From: the human T2T-CHM13v2.0 reference genome, Homo sapiens | Direction: 5' to 3' (one strand) | NCBI RefSeq assembly: GCF_009914755.1 | Contig: NC_060945.1 | Length of the DNA: 64,000 nucleotides | Shown here: in pieces, positions 1 through 36,032 of the stretch | Numbering within the stretch: the first letter of the stretch is position 1 | How the letters are laid out: each line of letters starts with the position of its first letter | The notes under the pieces: model-generated | The model's database searches: none | The model's input: the letters and a program-made list of their open reading frames with translations, nothing else | What the model was told of the DNA's origin: nothing | Made by a program: the position numbers and the translations under genes

Positions 1-2
1 AA

Positions 3-277
<275 letters not shown>

Positions 278-577
278 TGATGGTTTTTTTTTTTTAATTT
301 TGGAAAAATCTCCACCATTATCTCTTCATTTATTTTTTTCTGCCTCATCTTCTGTCTTCTTTTTTGGGGTCTCCATGTAAACATAAGTTAGAATTTTTGC
401 TGCTGTTTGACATGTCTCATGCTCTATTCTTATTTTTTTTTTCATTTTGTGCTTCAGTTTGGAAAATTTCTGTTGACCTGACTCTTGAGGCGCTGATCAT
501 AAACAAGATAACTGGGAAAACAATATGTTTGTAAAACAATTTCTTGAGATGTGAAATAGTATCTATATTATACCAAG

Positions 578-721
578 AGTAGTCCCAGCTACTTGAGAGG
601 CTGAGGTAGGAGGATTGCTTTAGCTTGGGAGGTGGAGGTTGCCATGAGCCAGGATCATGCCACTGCACTCTAGCCTGGGTGACAGAGGGTGACCTCATCT
701 CAAAAAAAAAAAAAAAAAAAA
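578..721 (+). mobile_element. Alu right-arm fragment (AluJ-like)
   Basis: gtagtcccagctacttgagaggctgagg...gcctgggtgacagag followed by an A tail. Confidence 0.88.
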
Positions 722-986
722 GCGTATTCTTCAACCCTGGCATTCTATCCTGCAGAAATAAAATGTCATCACATAAGCTTATCTGTGCACAGACTTCTTT
801 TATTGCAGCATCGGTTATGGTGGTAGAAAACTGGATACCAAGACAAAGTCTATCAAAGGGGGATGGCTGAAGAATCAAGTGGAATTCCTGCTATGGAATA
901 TCGTATAGCCATTGAAGGTAGTAAATCAGGGTTCTAACAGTTGGAGAGTTTTTCCAGAAGGTATTGTGTAAGAAAAGCAAAGTGCA

Positions 987-1394
<408 letters not shown>

Positions 1395-2317
1395 TTAGTA
1401 AGGGTTGCCTGGGCTGGGTGGATCGGGGATGGGGTGGAGAGCAAGCAGAGGGCAGTGCTGCCTTAGAGTGAGTCATGCTCCTGGCATAGGGAAAAGCACG
1501 AAGGGTACAAATAGACAGTAAGGTAAAAAAAGATGCCAGCAAGTATTTTAAAAACGCCTAACCACACAAAGAGAGGGAAATGGAAGTAACAACAGTGATT
1601 TTTACCCATGAAATTGACAGAGACTAAAGTGATTGGTATCTATTGAGTGAGAGTGTGGGAAGATTGGTGGTTCCCTCTCAGCAAGCGGTCCAGGGAACAC
1701 CTTTCTGGAGAGCACTGGGTGGTAAAACCAAAAGCCACATAGTCTCAGTCCATCAAGTTCACATTCAGAGACTTACCCTAAGAAGATTAAGGTACATACA
1801 GAATGATTTATGTTGAAAGAAGTTCATCTTAACATGATTTAGAATAGTAAAAACTGAAAAGTCTAAATGTACAAGACTAGGAAACTGGATAGGTAAGTCC
1901 TGATAATTCATAGACTGGATATTAAATAGTGTTAGAAGTATATTTAATAAGAAAAATGTTCAGAGTTTATAAAGTGAAAACCATAGGCCACAGGCTTATT
2001 GTGTGAACCCAGTGAATGCTTTGTACTTATGTTACGTGTCCACTTTTTTAAAAGTCTGAAAGTATAAACACCAATGTGCTGTCTGTTATTATCTGTGATC
2101 AGTGAGCAAAATTACAGGAGGTTTTAATTTTCTTCTGTGTACTTGGTGTTTTCACACATTTTCTAAAGTAAACACGAATTACTTTTATGTTTAGGAAAAT
2201 GTGTTTAAAATGTATGTATTGAGACAAGGTTGATTCATTGAACTGGAGTGTGTGATCTGAGGTTCTGCCCCCTGCAGTGATGTCTTCCAGGCAAGCTTAT
2301 TCTTATATAAAGTGAAC

Positions 2318-2611
2318 GACCAGGCATGGTGGCTCATGCCTGTAGTCCTAGCACTTTGGGAGGATGAGGCAGGTGGATTGCCTGAGCTGAGGATTTCGAG
2401 GCCAACCTGGGCAACATGGTGAAACCCCATCTCTACTAAAAATACAAAAAATTAGCTGGGTGTAGTGGTGCACACCTGTTGTCCCAGCTACTTGGGAGGC
2501 TGAGGCATCAGAATCACTTGAACCTGGGAGGCGGCAGAGGTTGCCCTGAGCCGAGATCATGCCATTGCCCTCCAGCCTGGGCAACAGAGCAAGACTCTGT
2601 CTCAAAAAAAA
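2318..2611 (+). mobile_element. Alu (AluS-like)
   Basis: Dimeric Alu, ctctactaaaaatacaaaaaattagc linker. Confidence 0.92.
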
Positions 2612-3098
2612 TGGAGGGGTTGGGGGAGGCTCCAAGGACCTGTGTGGGTCCAAGCTGGGCTCTGCTGCCTCGTGGAGGTTTGTGCCATGCCATCAGCTCT
2701 TTCCACAGGCCCCTGGCTGTGCCTGCCTGGGGTGCTGGGCCCCTGGCTCTGTCCTCACACTGGTTTCTCTTCATGGGGTTGATGATCACCTTCAGGAAGC
2801 AAAGCTGATGAAGGACAAGGGCTCCTCACCAAATAGACACTAGTGGTGCCTGTTTCTGACTTCTTGCTTTGATGTTCTCTTTTAGGGTCCAGATAATTTT
2901 TTTTTTTAGAAAAGAAATGTAGAGTGAAGGTGACAGCCTTTGATTATAGTAGTAAAGATGATCCAAATAGTTTGTATAATAAATACTTGGACACATGAAT
3001 CTGTATTTGAAATTTGAAACCATCCTAATAATATAGCCAAAAAAAAAAAAAAAAAAGCTCCAGCGTCCTCTCCTCACGCTTTCCTTGGCTTTGAGCAG

Positions 3099-24016
<20,918 letters not shown>

Positions 24017-24578
24017 CAGTTGATGCTTTATTTGGAAAGCAGTGTGCATATCTTGAGGGGTGATGAACACAAGCAAACCAAGTTGCACCTGGCTTCTGCA
24101 CACTCCTGCGAAAGTCGGTGAACATTCACTCCACATTGACCCCTCCCTAGCCTGGCAGGTGACGTCAGGGTCCTTCACAGACAAACACGCTTGGGCTCGG
24201 CAGGAGCTGCCGTGGCCACCCCCGCTGCCCAGTGTCTGCCCTCTAGAAGTAGGCTGTGTTTCCAGGTGTTCACCCGTGGTGCCCACAGTGCCGACCCGTG
24301 GCTGGGTCGGAGCTCCATGTTCCTAAGCTAGGTCTAGGTCTACACTCCTAGGACGCACGCATATCAGCCCGTGTACCCTGTGACAGTGACTGTCCCCACC
24401 TCCTGTGTTAGTGGTGCCCTTACTGCCGTCGCTCATCCACTCGTGTGGGACGTAGGATTGCACAGGGCTGTGCCAGTGGCGTGTAGGGAACACTGCCCTG
24501 GCTCAGCGTGCGAGCTAAGGTGGCGATGTATGCGATGGGACTCTGCATGGGATAGTACAGTTGTGTAGACGTCTTCCA

Positions 24579-24617
24579 AATAAATTATGTGTTGGTGCAT
24601 CGCACATGCTCAATAAA
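24579..24617 (+). terminator. Tandem poly(A) signals of the PRMT2 3'UTR
   Basis: AATAAA at 24579-24584 and 24612-24617, followed by GT/T-rich sequence. Confidence 0.8.
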
Positions 24618-24813
24618 TATTTTTAAATGAGTGAATGTCATTGTGTATCCTGTTTTATGCATATATGTTATTTTTTGTAATTACAGGATCATACTATATG
24701 CATTGCTTTATAAGTTTTTCTCAATATTGTGAAAAAACTTCCACATCAGTAGATACATGTCCATACTTTTTTTTTGTATTGTTTTGATTTTTATTAAATT
24801 TTATTGAAATATA

Positions 24814-25177
<364 letters not shown>

Positions 25178-25900
25178 TTATAAAGTGGACGCACATGTAA
25201 CCAGCATCCAGGCCAGGACACACTACAGATTCCCCGATTCCCCTTCCACTCAGTGCCCACCCTCTCAAGGGTGATGTCCTGACTTGTAACTGTCGATTAC
25301 TCTTGCCTGAATGGAGTTGTACACGTGTTCTTTTGTGTCTGCCTTCTTTAATTAAACATTGTTTGTGAGACTCATCTATGAATTTTAGACAGTGTGGTTG
25401 TGGTTGACTTTTTCATTGTGGCATAGTATTCAACTGCATGAATAGACCACAGTTTATGATCTTGTTTCACATGGTGTCCTTTTGGGTTGTTGCCATGGTT
25501 TAGCTATGATGATTACTGAGACTGTGGACATTTCTGTGTATGTGTTTTGGTGCATGTATGTACACATTTCTGTTGGGTGTACACTGTATACCAGGTTTTC
25601 AAGTCAAGGAATCTAATATCCCTGCCAGCTGTGCATGAGAGTTGGCATCCTCGTCAACACCCAGTATTGTGTTTTGCATTTTACCTGCTCTGGTGGGCGT
25701 GTGGATTTGGTATACATTTCATTGATGACTAATCCAGTTTTGTAGATTTGCCGCTCATTTTGGATATCCTGTTTTTGAGGTGCTTGTTTAAGTCTTTGGC
25801 CCATTTTACTATTAGGGTTTTTTTTTTTCTATTTCTAATTGAGATTCCAGGTGTTCCTGATATAATTTGGCTGAGTCCTGTAACACATATATTTTTGTGA

Positions 25901-26780
<880 letters not shown>

Positions 26781-26899
26781 GACAGGCATGACTTTGTACT
26801 TAACTGCTCAGCTTTGTAATCACTGGGGGCCCAGATGCTCACTTGGATTCTAACTTTGTTGGCATCTGGGCCTAAAAGCCGTGATGCAGGTGAGCAATG

Positions 26900-27880
26900 A
26901 TGCAGAGGGCTCTGTGCGCCTGGCGGGCTCTGTTTGCCTGCTGGGCTCTGTGCGCCTGCTGGGCTCTGTGCGCCCGGGAAGGTGCGGCCACCCTCACGCG
27001 GAAGGCGGCCAGCGGATCCCGGTGCGCGCAGCTCCCAGCGCTGGGGTTCCAGCGCCCCGCCTCTTCCTGTAGCAACCAGCGGGACCTGCCGTCCCCCGGG
27101 GCACCCCGAGGGGTCTGCGCCCGCTTCTTTCCGAAACGGGAAGGCGCTGGGGGCTCGGCAGCCAGAGGGACGGGTTCAGGGAGCGTCCGGTGAGCCTAAG
27201 ACGCGCCTTTGCCGGGGTTGCCGGGTGTCTGCCTCTCACTTAGGTATTAGGAACCGTGGCACAAATCTGTAGGTTTTCCTCTGGGGGTGGGCGGAGGCTC
27301 CAAACCGGACGGTTTTCTCCTGGAGGACTGTGTTCAGACAGATACTGGTTTCCTTATCCGCAGGTGTGCGCGGCGCTCGCAAGTGGTCAGCATAACGCCG
27401 GGCGAATTCGGAAAGCCCGTGCGTCCGTGGACGACCCACTTGGAAGGAGTTGGGAGAAGTCCTTGTTCCCACGCGCGGACGCTTCCCTCCGTGTGTCCTT
27501 CGAGCCACAAAAAGCCCAGACCCTAACCCGCTCCTTTCTCCCGCCGCGTCCATGCAGAACTCCGCCGTTCCTGGGAGGGGAAGCCCGCGAGGCGTCGGGA
27601 GAGGCACGTCCTCCGGGAGCAAAGAGCTCCTCCGAGCGCGCGGCGGGGACGCTGGGCCGACAGGGGACCGCGGGGGCAGGGCGGAGAGGACCCGCCCTCG
27701 AGTCGGCCCAGCCCTAACACTCAGGACCGCCTCCAGCCGGAGGTCTGCGCCCTTCTGAGGACCCTGCCTGGGGGAGCTTATTGCGGTTCTTTTGCAAATA
27801 CCCGCTGCGCTTGGACGGAGGAAGCGCCCACGCGTCGACCCCGGAAACGAAGGCCTCCCTGATGGGAACGCATGCGTCCA
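26900..27880. promoter_or_regulatory. Orphan CpG island about 2.3 kb downstream of PRMT2
   Basis: About 1 kb of GC-rich, CpG-dense sequence with GC boxes (GGGCGG); no recognisable coding exon. Confidence 0.8.
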
Positions 27881-28421
27881 GGAGCCTTTATTTACTCTTA
27901 ATTCTGCCCGATGCTTGTACGTGTGTGAAATGCTTCAGATGCTTTTGGGAGCGAGGTGTTACATAAATCATGGAAATGCCTCCTGGTCTCACCACACCCA
28001 GGGTGACAGCTGAGATGCGGCTTCTCCAGGGTGGAGCCTCCTCGTTTTCCAGAGCTGCTTGTTGAAGTCTTCCCAGGGCCCCTGACTTGCACTGGAAACT
28101 GCTCACCTTGGCATCGGGATGTGGAGCAAGAAATGCTTTTGTTTTCATTCATCCTAGTGTTCATAAAATGGAAAACAAATAAGGACATACAAAAACATTA
28201 ATAAAATAAATTAATGGAACTAGATTTTTCAGAAAGCACAACAAACACAAAATCCAAGTATTGCCATGTCAGCAACACATTCCTACTTTAAGTTTTATGA
28301 AGTTAATTGGAGTAGTGGAGAACAAAAGTGGATGTGGGGCAGATCTGCGTCCTGCATGTGTCTTGCAGCCAGACTGTTCCAGCTGTGGCAGACCTCAAAA
28401 TAGAGAGGACCCAGGTTTTCT

Positions 28422-29067
28422 GATTTTGCCTTCTTTTTTTTTTTTTAAATTTATTATTGTTATACTTTAAGTTTTAGGGTACATGTGCATGATGTGCAGG
28501 TTAGTTTCATATGTATACATGTGCCATGCTGGTGTGCTGCACCCACTAACTCGTCATCTAGCATTAGGTATATCTCCCAGTGCTATCCCTCCCCCCTCCC
28601 CCCACCCCACAACAGTCCCCAGAGTGTGATGTTCCCCTTCCTGTGCCCATGTGTTCTCATCGTTCAATTCCCACCTATGAGTGAGAATATGCGGTGTTTG
28701 GTTTTTTGTTCTTGCGATAGTTTACTGAGAATGATGATTTCCAATTTCATCCATGTCCCTACAAAGGACATGAACTCATCCTTTTTTATGGCTGCATAGT
28801 ATTCCATGGTGTATATGTGCCACATTTTCTTAATCCAGTCTATCATTATTGGACATTTGGGTTGGTTCCAAGTCTTTGCTATTGTGAATAGTGCCGCAAT
28901 AAACATACGTGTGCATGTGTCTTTAAAGCAGCATGATTTACAGTCCTTTGTGTATATACCCAGTAATGGGATGGCTGGGTCAAATGGTATTTCTAGTTCT
29001 AGATCCCTGAGGAATCGCCACACTGACTTCCACAATGGTTGAACTAGTTTACAGTCCCAACAACAGT
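28422..29067 (-). mobile_element. 5'-truncated young L1 (L1PA2-like), ORF2 C-terminus and 3'UTR
   Basis: ORF 28664-29035 (WRFLRDLELEIPFDPAIPLLGIY...) is the ORF2p C-terminus. The 3'UTR reads cactaactcgtcatctagc (GAG, not the Ta ACA). 19-bp TSD GAGAGGACCCAGGTTTTCT at 28403-28421 and 29068-29086. Confidence 0.95.
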
Positions 29068-31119
29068 GAGAGGACCCAGGTTTTCTAAGACCAAGTCGCT
29101 ACACTCTTAACTGCAGTGGGTGGAGTTTGGGGATGGACTTCTCCTCAGCTCCCTGCTGCCGCTCTCCAGCGTCCCCGGGTGCAGACCCTCTGCCGCCACA
29201 GCTGGAGACTCCCAAAGGAGGCAAGCAAGCCTCAGCGATCCCAGGAGGCCCCATCGGCCCTTCCCAGGCTTTCCTCTCTTTAAGCTCCTCCTCCTCCTTC
29301 CCTTTCTTCAGAATCGAATCTAGGCAAGGATTTCACAGTCTGAGCTTTGACCAAGGACAGTAACTGGGTCTAGGGATGGAAAACTTTGCTTCTAGGTCCC
29401 GTTTTGCTACAGCCTTGCAAGAGGACTGTGATCAGGCCTCAGTTTCCGTCTCTCTAAACTGAGGAGTGCTCTGCGGGGATCTCTGCCTCCTTTACAATAT
29501 TTCCTCCAGTGATGTCTTCATTATTAGAGCTGCTGACTTCAAATGACATTTCATAATGTTGTCCCTCTCTGTTGTGTCATCCAGAGTCGTTTTTCTTCTT
29601 ATATCTTGAAAATAGATAACTAAGATAATATGAATATCAAACTGAGCCCCTTTCTTCGGATTTTGTAACAAGGAAAATTCCTAGTAATGATGAAGTAACT
29701 AAATGAATCTGGATGTGAGCTTAAATGAATCTGGATGTGAGCTTTATTTTATGATTGGATTAGGGTATATCCATGAGCCTTGGACTTATCTAAAACTTTA
29801 ATTAATCTAAAATTATGCAGTGTTCATTACTTAGCAAAGGTATCATGGCTTGGTGTCTAGCATTCTTGGTAGAAAGCCATCGCTGTGTTAGGGAGTGTTG
29901 GCTGTTTATTGAGGCCATCGGTGAGGCAATGCAAGACAGACAAATGTGGCTTCAGTACTACTAATATGACAGCAGACAGCCACCAGCTGGAAAGGTGTAT
30001 TGAGATTGTAAAGATGTGCTCCTTCCCGAGGCCAGGGACCAGGGCCACTTACAGTCCCACAATCATCTTTTTGAACTGTAAATCTGAATTCCTTTCCCCA
30101 TGACAAAGTTGGGCAGGGAACCATCAAACTGGGATTCTGGAAATCAGGATGGGGGAGCAGAGAATCCTGCACCCTCACAAACCCCTTTTGCTGTGTTTGC
30201 TCCTGGTGCAAGTTCTCACTTCTTCATGGCTTGGGGGCTGAGCAGAGTTCCTGGGGGTGTTTGTGCTACCTCAGCTCTCTGTTCCCACTGCTTGGAGCCG
30301 GAGAGGAGGCAGGGATAGAAGTCATGGATTAAAGGTCTGGAGACAGGGCAGGAAGAACGGCAAGATTCAGAGGAAAATGTTTGTTTACAGCCAGAATCAA
30401 TTGATAGGCATCCACACAGTGTTGGGGAGAATGATGCAGCACAGTGCCCTGGCCTGGCACGCAGGAGCCTATGACCGTTCCGTCCCCTGAGCCAGCTCAG
30501 GCTCCTCACCCCCACCCTCAGAATGTGGGCTTTCATGGCTGCTCCATCCTGGGCCACAGCCCTTCACCAGGCTCCTCTCTGGCAGGGCCACAGAGAATAA
30601 AAGGGAGCAGAAACCACATCCTGCACACAGATAGAACCTGCATCAGCCAAAGTGTCCATCTGACCAAGGGTCTCCCTTCCGCACTGCCCAGGGGGCTACA
30701 ACATGTTGTTTGGACCACGGTTACTATACCTGACTCTCTTTAATTTTTTGGCTCAAATTGTTTTCTCTCCTTGATTAGATTAGGTACCTTGGTAATAGTT
30801 ACGTTTGTCTGGAACCTAGAGGTTGCAAGATCATGAAACTGCAGTTATACCTTCCCAGAGGGGTTGATGGCATCCTCAGATCCTCGACTTGTGGAATGAC
30901 CTGTGTGGATCTGACTCTAGGCCATCTCCCATTGGAAGAGGAGGAAGGCTTTTATGGTTGAAAGAAGGACCATTGCATTATAATAGGTGCAGTCATTTTG
31001 GAATTCTCGGTATGGGGAGAGGCATGTGCTTGTGTATGTGCACACATGCATACTTGCTCAGGAACCAAGGGGGTGGCCTACAGTGACATATGTCATGATT
31101 TTTGTTTATTCTGCTGCTG

Positions 31120-31700
31120 TATTCATTTTCAATTGCTGTTATAACAAATTACTACACACTTTGTGCCTTAAAAGAACACAAATTTATATTTTTACAATTC
31201 TGCAGACCAGAGGTCCAGCAGGGTCTAAAATCAAGGTGCCAGCAGTGCTGTGTTTGTTCCTGGAGGTTCTAGGGGAGAATCACTTCCCGCACATTTGGGC
31301 TGTGGGCAGAATTCAATTCCTTGTGGTTGTAGGACGGAGGTTGCCATTTTCCTGCTGGATGAGGGCCATTCCCAGCTTCTAGAAGCCATCTGCATGCCTT
31401 GGTTTGAGGACCCTTCGACTATCTTCAAAACCAGCAAGGGTAGGTCAGACCCTTCTCACAGGCTCTTCTTCCTTCCTTTTTATGGACTCATCTCATTAGG
31501 TTTGCAGCCACTTGAATAATCCCAGATCATTTCTCTATTTTAAGGTCAGCTGATCAGGTCAACTGAATTCTACCTATAACCTTAATTATTTTTTGCCATG
31601 TACGGTAACGTATGCATAGATTCTGGGGATTAGTATGGAGACATACTAATTACACTGTAGCTAGATATTTGTGTCGGAGGGGGGGCATTATTCTGTACCT
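31120..31700 (-). mobile_element. MLT1-family LTR remnant
   Basis: ttgctgttataacaaattactacaca...ctggaggttctaggggagaatc motifs. Confidence 0.65.
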
Positions 31701-32220
31701 AGAAGAGAGGGGATTTGTGGGGCTGCAGGGTGTGTACATGTTCAGTGTTAACTGATTCTGCTAAGTGGTTTTCCAAAGAGGCATGCCCACTAAACACTAT
31801 TCTCTTTCATTGGTCTGTTTATTTATTCTCATGTCCATATCATACTGTTTGAATTACTGTCTTGATATCTAGTATTCTAAATATTCTTACTTCGTTATTC
31901 TTTGAAATTGTGTTTGCTATTTTAGCCTTTTGCATTTCCATATAAACTTTAGAATCAACTGGCTAATTTCCATAAAAATAACTGCTGGGATGTTGAATGG
32001 GATTGCTTAGATTCTATAGATTATGTGGAGGAATAATTTATATTTTACAATATAAAGATTTTCAGCCCATGAACATGGAATATCTCTTTATTTATTTGAA
32101 GATACTCTTCTTTAATTTATGTCAATGTTTTATAGTTTTCTTTCACACATTTCACTAGTTCCTAACTGTTTGATATTTTTAATGCAATTGTAAATGATGT
32201 CATTTAAAAATTAATTTTCA

Positions 32221-32533
32221 GGCAAGGTACAGTGGCTCACTCCTGTAATCCCAGCACTATGGGAGGTTGAGGCAGGAGGATCACTTGAGGCCAGGAGTTC
32301 AAGACCAGCCTGGGCAACACAGGGAGACCCCATCTCAAAAAAAAAAAATTTAGCCAAGCGTGGTAGTACCTGACTGTAATCCTAATTACTGGGGAGGCAG
32401 AGATGGGAGGAGGCTGAGGTGGGAGGAGGCTGAGGTGGGAGGGCTCTGCTTGAGCCCAAGAGTTCAAGGCTGCGGTGAGTTTGTGCCACTGTACTCCAGC
32501 CTGGGTGACAGAGTAAGATCCTGTCTGAAAAAA
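32221..32533 (+). mobile_element. AluJ-like element
   Basis: Dimeric Alu with diverged right arm. Confidence 0.88.
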
Positions 32534-32649
32534 TAATTTTCTAATTGTTGCTATTGTTTCAAAATACATCTGATTCGTGTATACTATCTTGTATCTAATT
32601 ACTTTGCTTGTTAATTATAAATTTCTTTGGATTTTTCATGTACACATCC

Positions 32650-33240
32650 TATCTATCCAAAGGAACAGAAATCAAAATATAAAAGATATACGTAAACTTG
32701 GAATGTTTATTGCAGCACTATTCACAATAGCAAATATATAGAATCAACCCGTTTTCATCAACAAATGAATGAATAAAGAAAATGTCATATATATATGTAA
32801 TGGAATTCTATTCAGTCATAAAAAGAAAGAAAACATGTCATTTGTGGCAACATGGATGGAATTGGAGAGAATTATCTTAAGTGAAATAATCCAAACACAA
32901 AGAAATAAATATTGCGTGTTCTCACTTGTATGTGGGAACTAAAATATTTGATCACATGGAGGTCAAGAGGGGAAAAATAAATAACAGAGACTGGGAAGGG
33001 TGAGTGTGGGAGAAAAGAGAGGAAGAGGAGGACTGGGTTAAAGGGTACAAACATATGGTAAGACAGAAGGAATTAATTCCATATTTGATGGTGGAGTAGG
33101 GGGACTGTACTTAACAAAAATCGATTTTACTTGGGTGATGGCTGTCCTCAATACGTTGACTTGACCGCTATGCGTTATATACATGTACCAAAATTTCTTA
33201 TGTACCCCATAAGTTTATAGAAATAAAAAACAGCAAAAAA
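32650..33240 (+). mobile_element. Old L1 3' end (L1MA-like)
   Basis: tgtttattgcagcactattcacaatagc, caacatggatggaattggag, ending aataaaaaa. Confidence 0.8.
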
Positions 33241-35017
33241 TTGTATAAATAATGTTCAGTTATCTATTTTTATTTAATTTAGAAGCAATCATCTAGGTAA
33301 AAGACCAGTAGGAACAATCCTAATATAGCTAGTTATAGCACACCTACTATGATACAGAAACCTGGCTAAGGGTCGGTCAGGCAAAATCTCACCTCATCCT
33401 ACCAATGACCCTATAAGGTCGGTATTATTATTATCCCTATATTTTAAATATGTAAAAGTAGTAGTAGCCTGACCAATGTAATGCCAAATGGCAGAATTGG
33501 GACTTAGGCCTAATGTACCTGACTCAAGAAGTAGCAATTTAATCTGTATCTCCACGTCTGTATATGGACCAAGGAGAAGTAAATTTTGTGTTTGTGAGTA
33601 CCTTTAATTCTTTCTGTCCATCCGAAATATTCTAACCCCAAACCCCATGCCATGAGTGGCTTTTTAGGGAAAGAATTAAGACCATGTTGTAAAATCTTGT
33701 AAGTTGCAGTTTGCAGAATTAGTATTGGACCAACAATGTCCTCCCACTCAAGTGGCATAACGGTAGAAAACACTGTTACTAGTTAGAAATAGAATCTTAG
33801 GGGAGAAACTGATAGTCTAAACTACAGAACCCAGATTAAAATAGAAAAAATCTGTACTCTTCCTTAAAATAATTTGACTAAATTTTAAAAAAATTATTTC
33901 TGCAAATAAACAGTATTATAAAGTGGTATATTTAAACAAATAAATATCTACCTACAATGTAATTCTTTTTAATCTAATCTTGAACCAGTGGTTCTGGCTC
34001 CATCTTATCTTGTCATAATCTTTGTAACTCATCTTGAATGCTTTTTTGGAGTTGCACCTGTTCCTTGGTTTATATATGCTCCAGGGATTTCTTGTCAGCT
34101 GGCCGTAAGACATGATTTGGCAATTTGTCATTCCATTTACTGGATTCATTTAGCTGTGTAAAATTGACACTTATGGATACTTTAGTTTCAGGAATCCTTC
34201 TTATAACAGTGGGCTTTCACAATCTCCTTCCTATGCCATGCAGAAATAATCCTCCACAAGCCAAGCACAAAAGAAAAATCAGGTTGGTGGAGAACAAGTA
34301 AAGAAAAGGAGGAGAAGGTAAGTGAGAGGGAGAAGGTAAGTGAGAGGGAGGAGGAGGAAAGGGAGGGCCTGAGAAAAGCAAAGGTGAGAAAAGTCTCTGC
34401 TGCCGTAGAGCCTGGAGCAGCACGACCGGCTTGGCCTTCTCCATCCCCAGCCAGCAATGCAGAGGACACCGCAGGGACTCCCCAAGTGTCCGCACCCCTG
34501 GGCCTGCCAGGGCCTCCACCTGCTGGGCTGCCCTCCCTGTGCGCAAGGTGTGAGGAGATTCTTGGAGAGAGTTCCCCTGGGTTGCAGAGTCCTGATGGAA
34601 TCTCACAGGAAAATTGCGTGGCCCCCAATGTCCTAGGTGTAGCGTTCGTTTCAGTTTTTTCATTAGAAATGTGTCCCTGAAGGCTCATGTCTGTGCCTTG
34701 AGAAAAGAGAAGGCCATCGTCACAATAACCCTCCGTTCTGACCAGGATGGAGTTGGGGTTGCTATTGCTCAAAAGCTTCCAGAACCTTCTGCTCCCACTC
34801 AGAATAAACCCAGAACCCTTGCCTGACCCAGAAGCCCCTTGGGGATCTGCCTCACAGCCCACCTCACCGATGGCTCTTCTCCCACCCAGGCCCTTGCTAA
34901 TGGCCCTCTCACAGCACTGCCATCTACTCTTCAGACCTGCCCATCCCTCCTGCCTCAGAGCCTCCAACCTTCTGTTCCCTCTGCCAGAAATCACCACATA
35001 CAACTTTGTCTTGTCTC

Positions 35018-35292
35018 TTTTTTTTTTTTTTTTTTTTTTGAGACAGAGTCTTGCTCTGTCACCCAGGCTGCCAGGCTGTAGTGCAGTGGTGTGATCTCAG
35101 CTCACTGCAGCCTCCACCCCCTGGGTTCAAGAGATCCTCCTGCCTCAGTCTCCTGAGTAGCTGGGACTACAGGCACCCAACCACCATGCCTGGCTAGTTT
35201 TTTTTTTTTTTTTTAAGTAGAGACAGGGTGTCACTATATTGGCCAGGCTGGTCTCGAACTCTTGACCTCAAGTGATCTGCCCGCTTCAGCCT
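35018..35292 (-). mobile_element. Alu, 5'-truncated
   Basis: poly-T then gagacagagtcttgctctgtcaccc; ttgtctcttt direct repeat on both sides. Confidence 0.9.
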
Positions 35293-36032
35293 TGTCTCTT
35301 TCTGCAGGTCTCTGTTCAAATGGAGTCTCATCTCAGTGGCCTTTTCTAACTACTCTACCTAAAACAGCAGCTTAGGCCATCATTATCTGTCCCTTACTCT
35401 ACTTGATTCCTGCCCATTGTACTCTACGCTGTCAGTGTTGTATATTTTCTTTCTTCCCTCCATGGAAGTGAGCCTCGTGCTTGTAGGGGCTTTATCTTGA
35501 TTTGTTCAGCATGGTGTCCCTGTGCCTGTAGCAGTTGGTAATACAGAAAGGAAGCACATCAAGCATTACATGAATAACTATAGAAATTACTGGACTAACA
35601 TGTGTGTTTGCTTTTTTGTTTGTGTTTTTCACTCAGAATGATTCCTTCCTAGGGGCTTCTGAGTCTCCTCCCTACCCCATTGTCTAGCCCTTTAAATACA
35701 TTTGACAATAAAGTTCTATCTATTCCCCAGACATATTTGGACATGTGTGAATTCCAGCAAGAGAAGTAGTTTGTTTTTACCCCTGAAGGCTTCCAGCTGT
35801 GTGCAAGCAGACTTCCACAGATGCCACATCATCCTCTTAGCAGATGTGTTCTGATATTTCTAAATCCACCTAATTGTAAGCTGAAAATTCTCAATTGTGT
35901 TAAAAATTCTAAAATTTGTAACTATTTTTATTTCCAATGTAGTTAACATTTCACTCTACTTTTAAGCAGTATTCTTTTGCACTAGATTTCTAATTGAAAG
36001 TTGTTAAGAATTAGTTGACATCCTAAACTTTT

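Noticed and set aside
34188-35003. 271-aa minus-strand ORF
   Set aside because: No domain similarity I can recognise; it includes low-complexity S/L/F tracts and has no clear gene structure.
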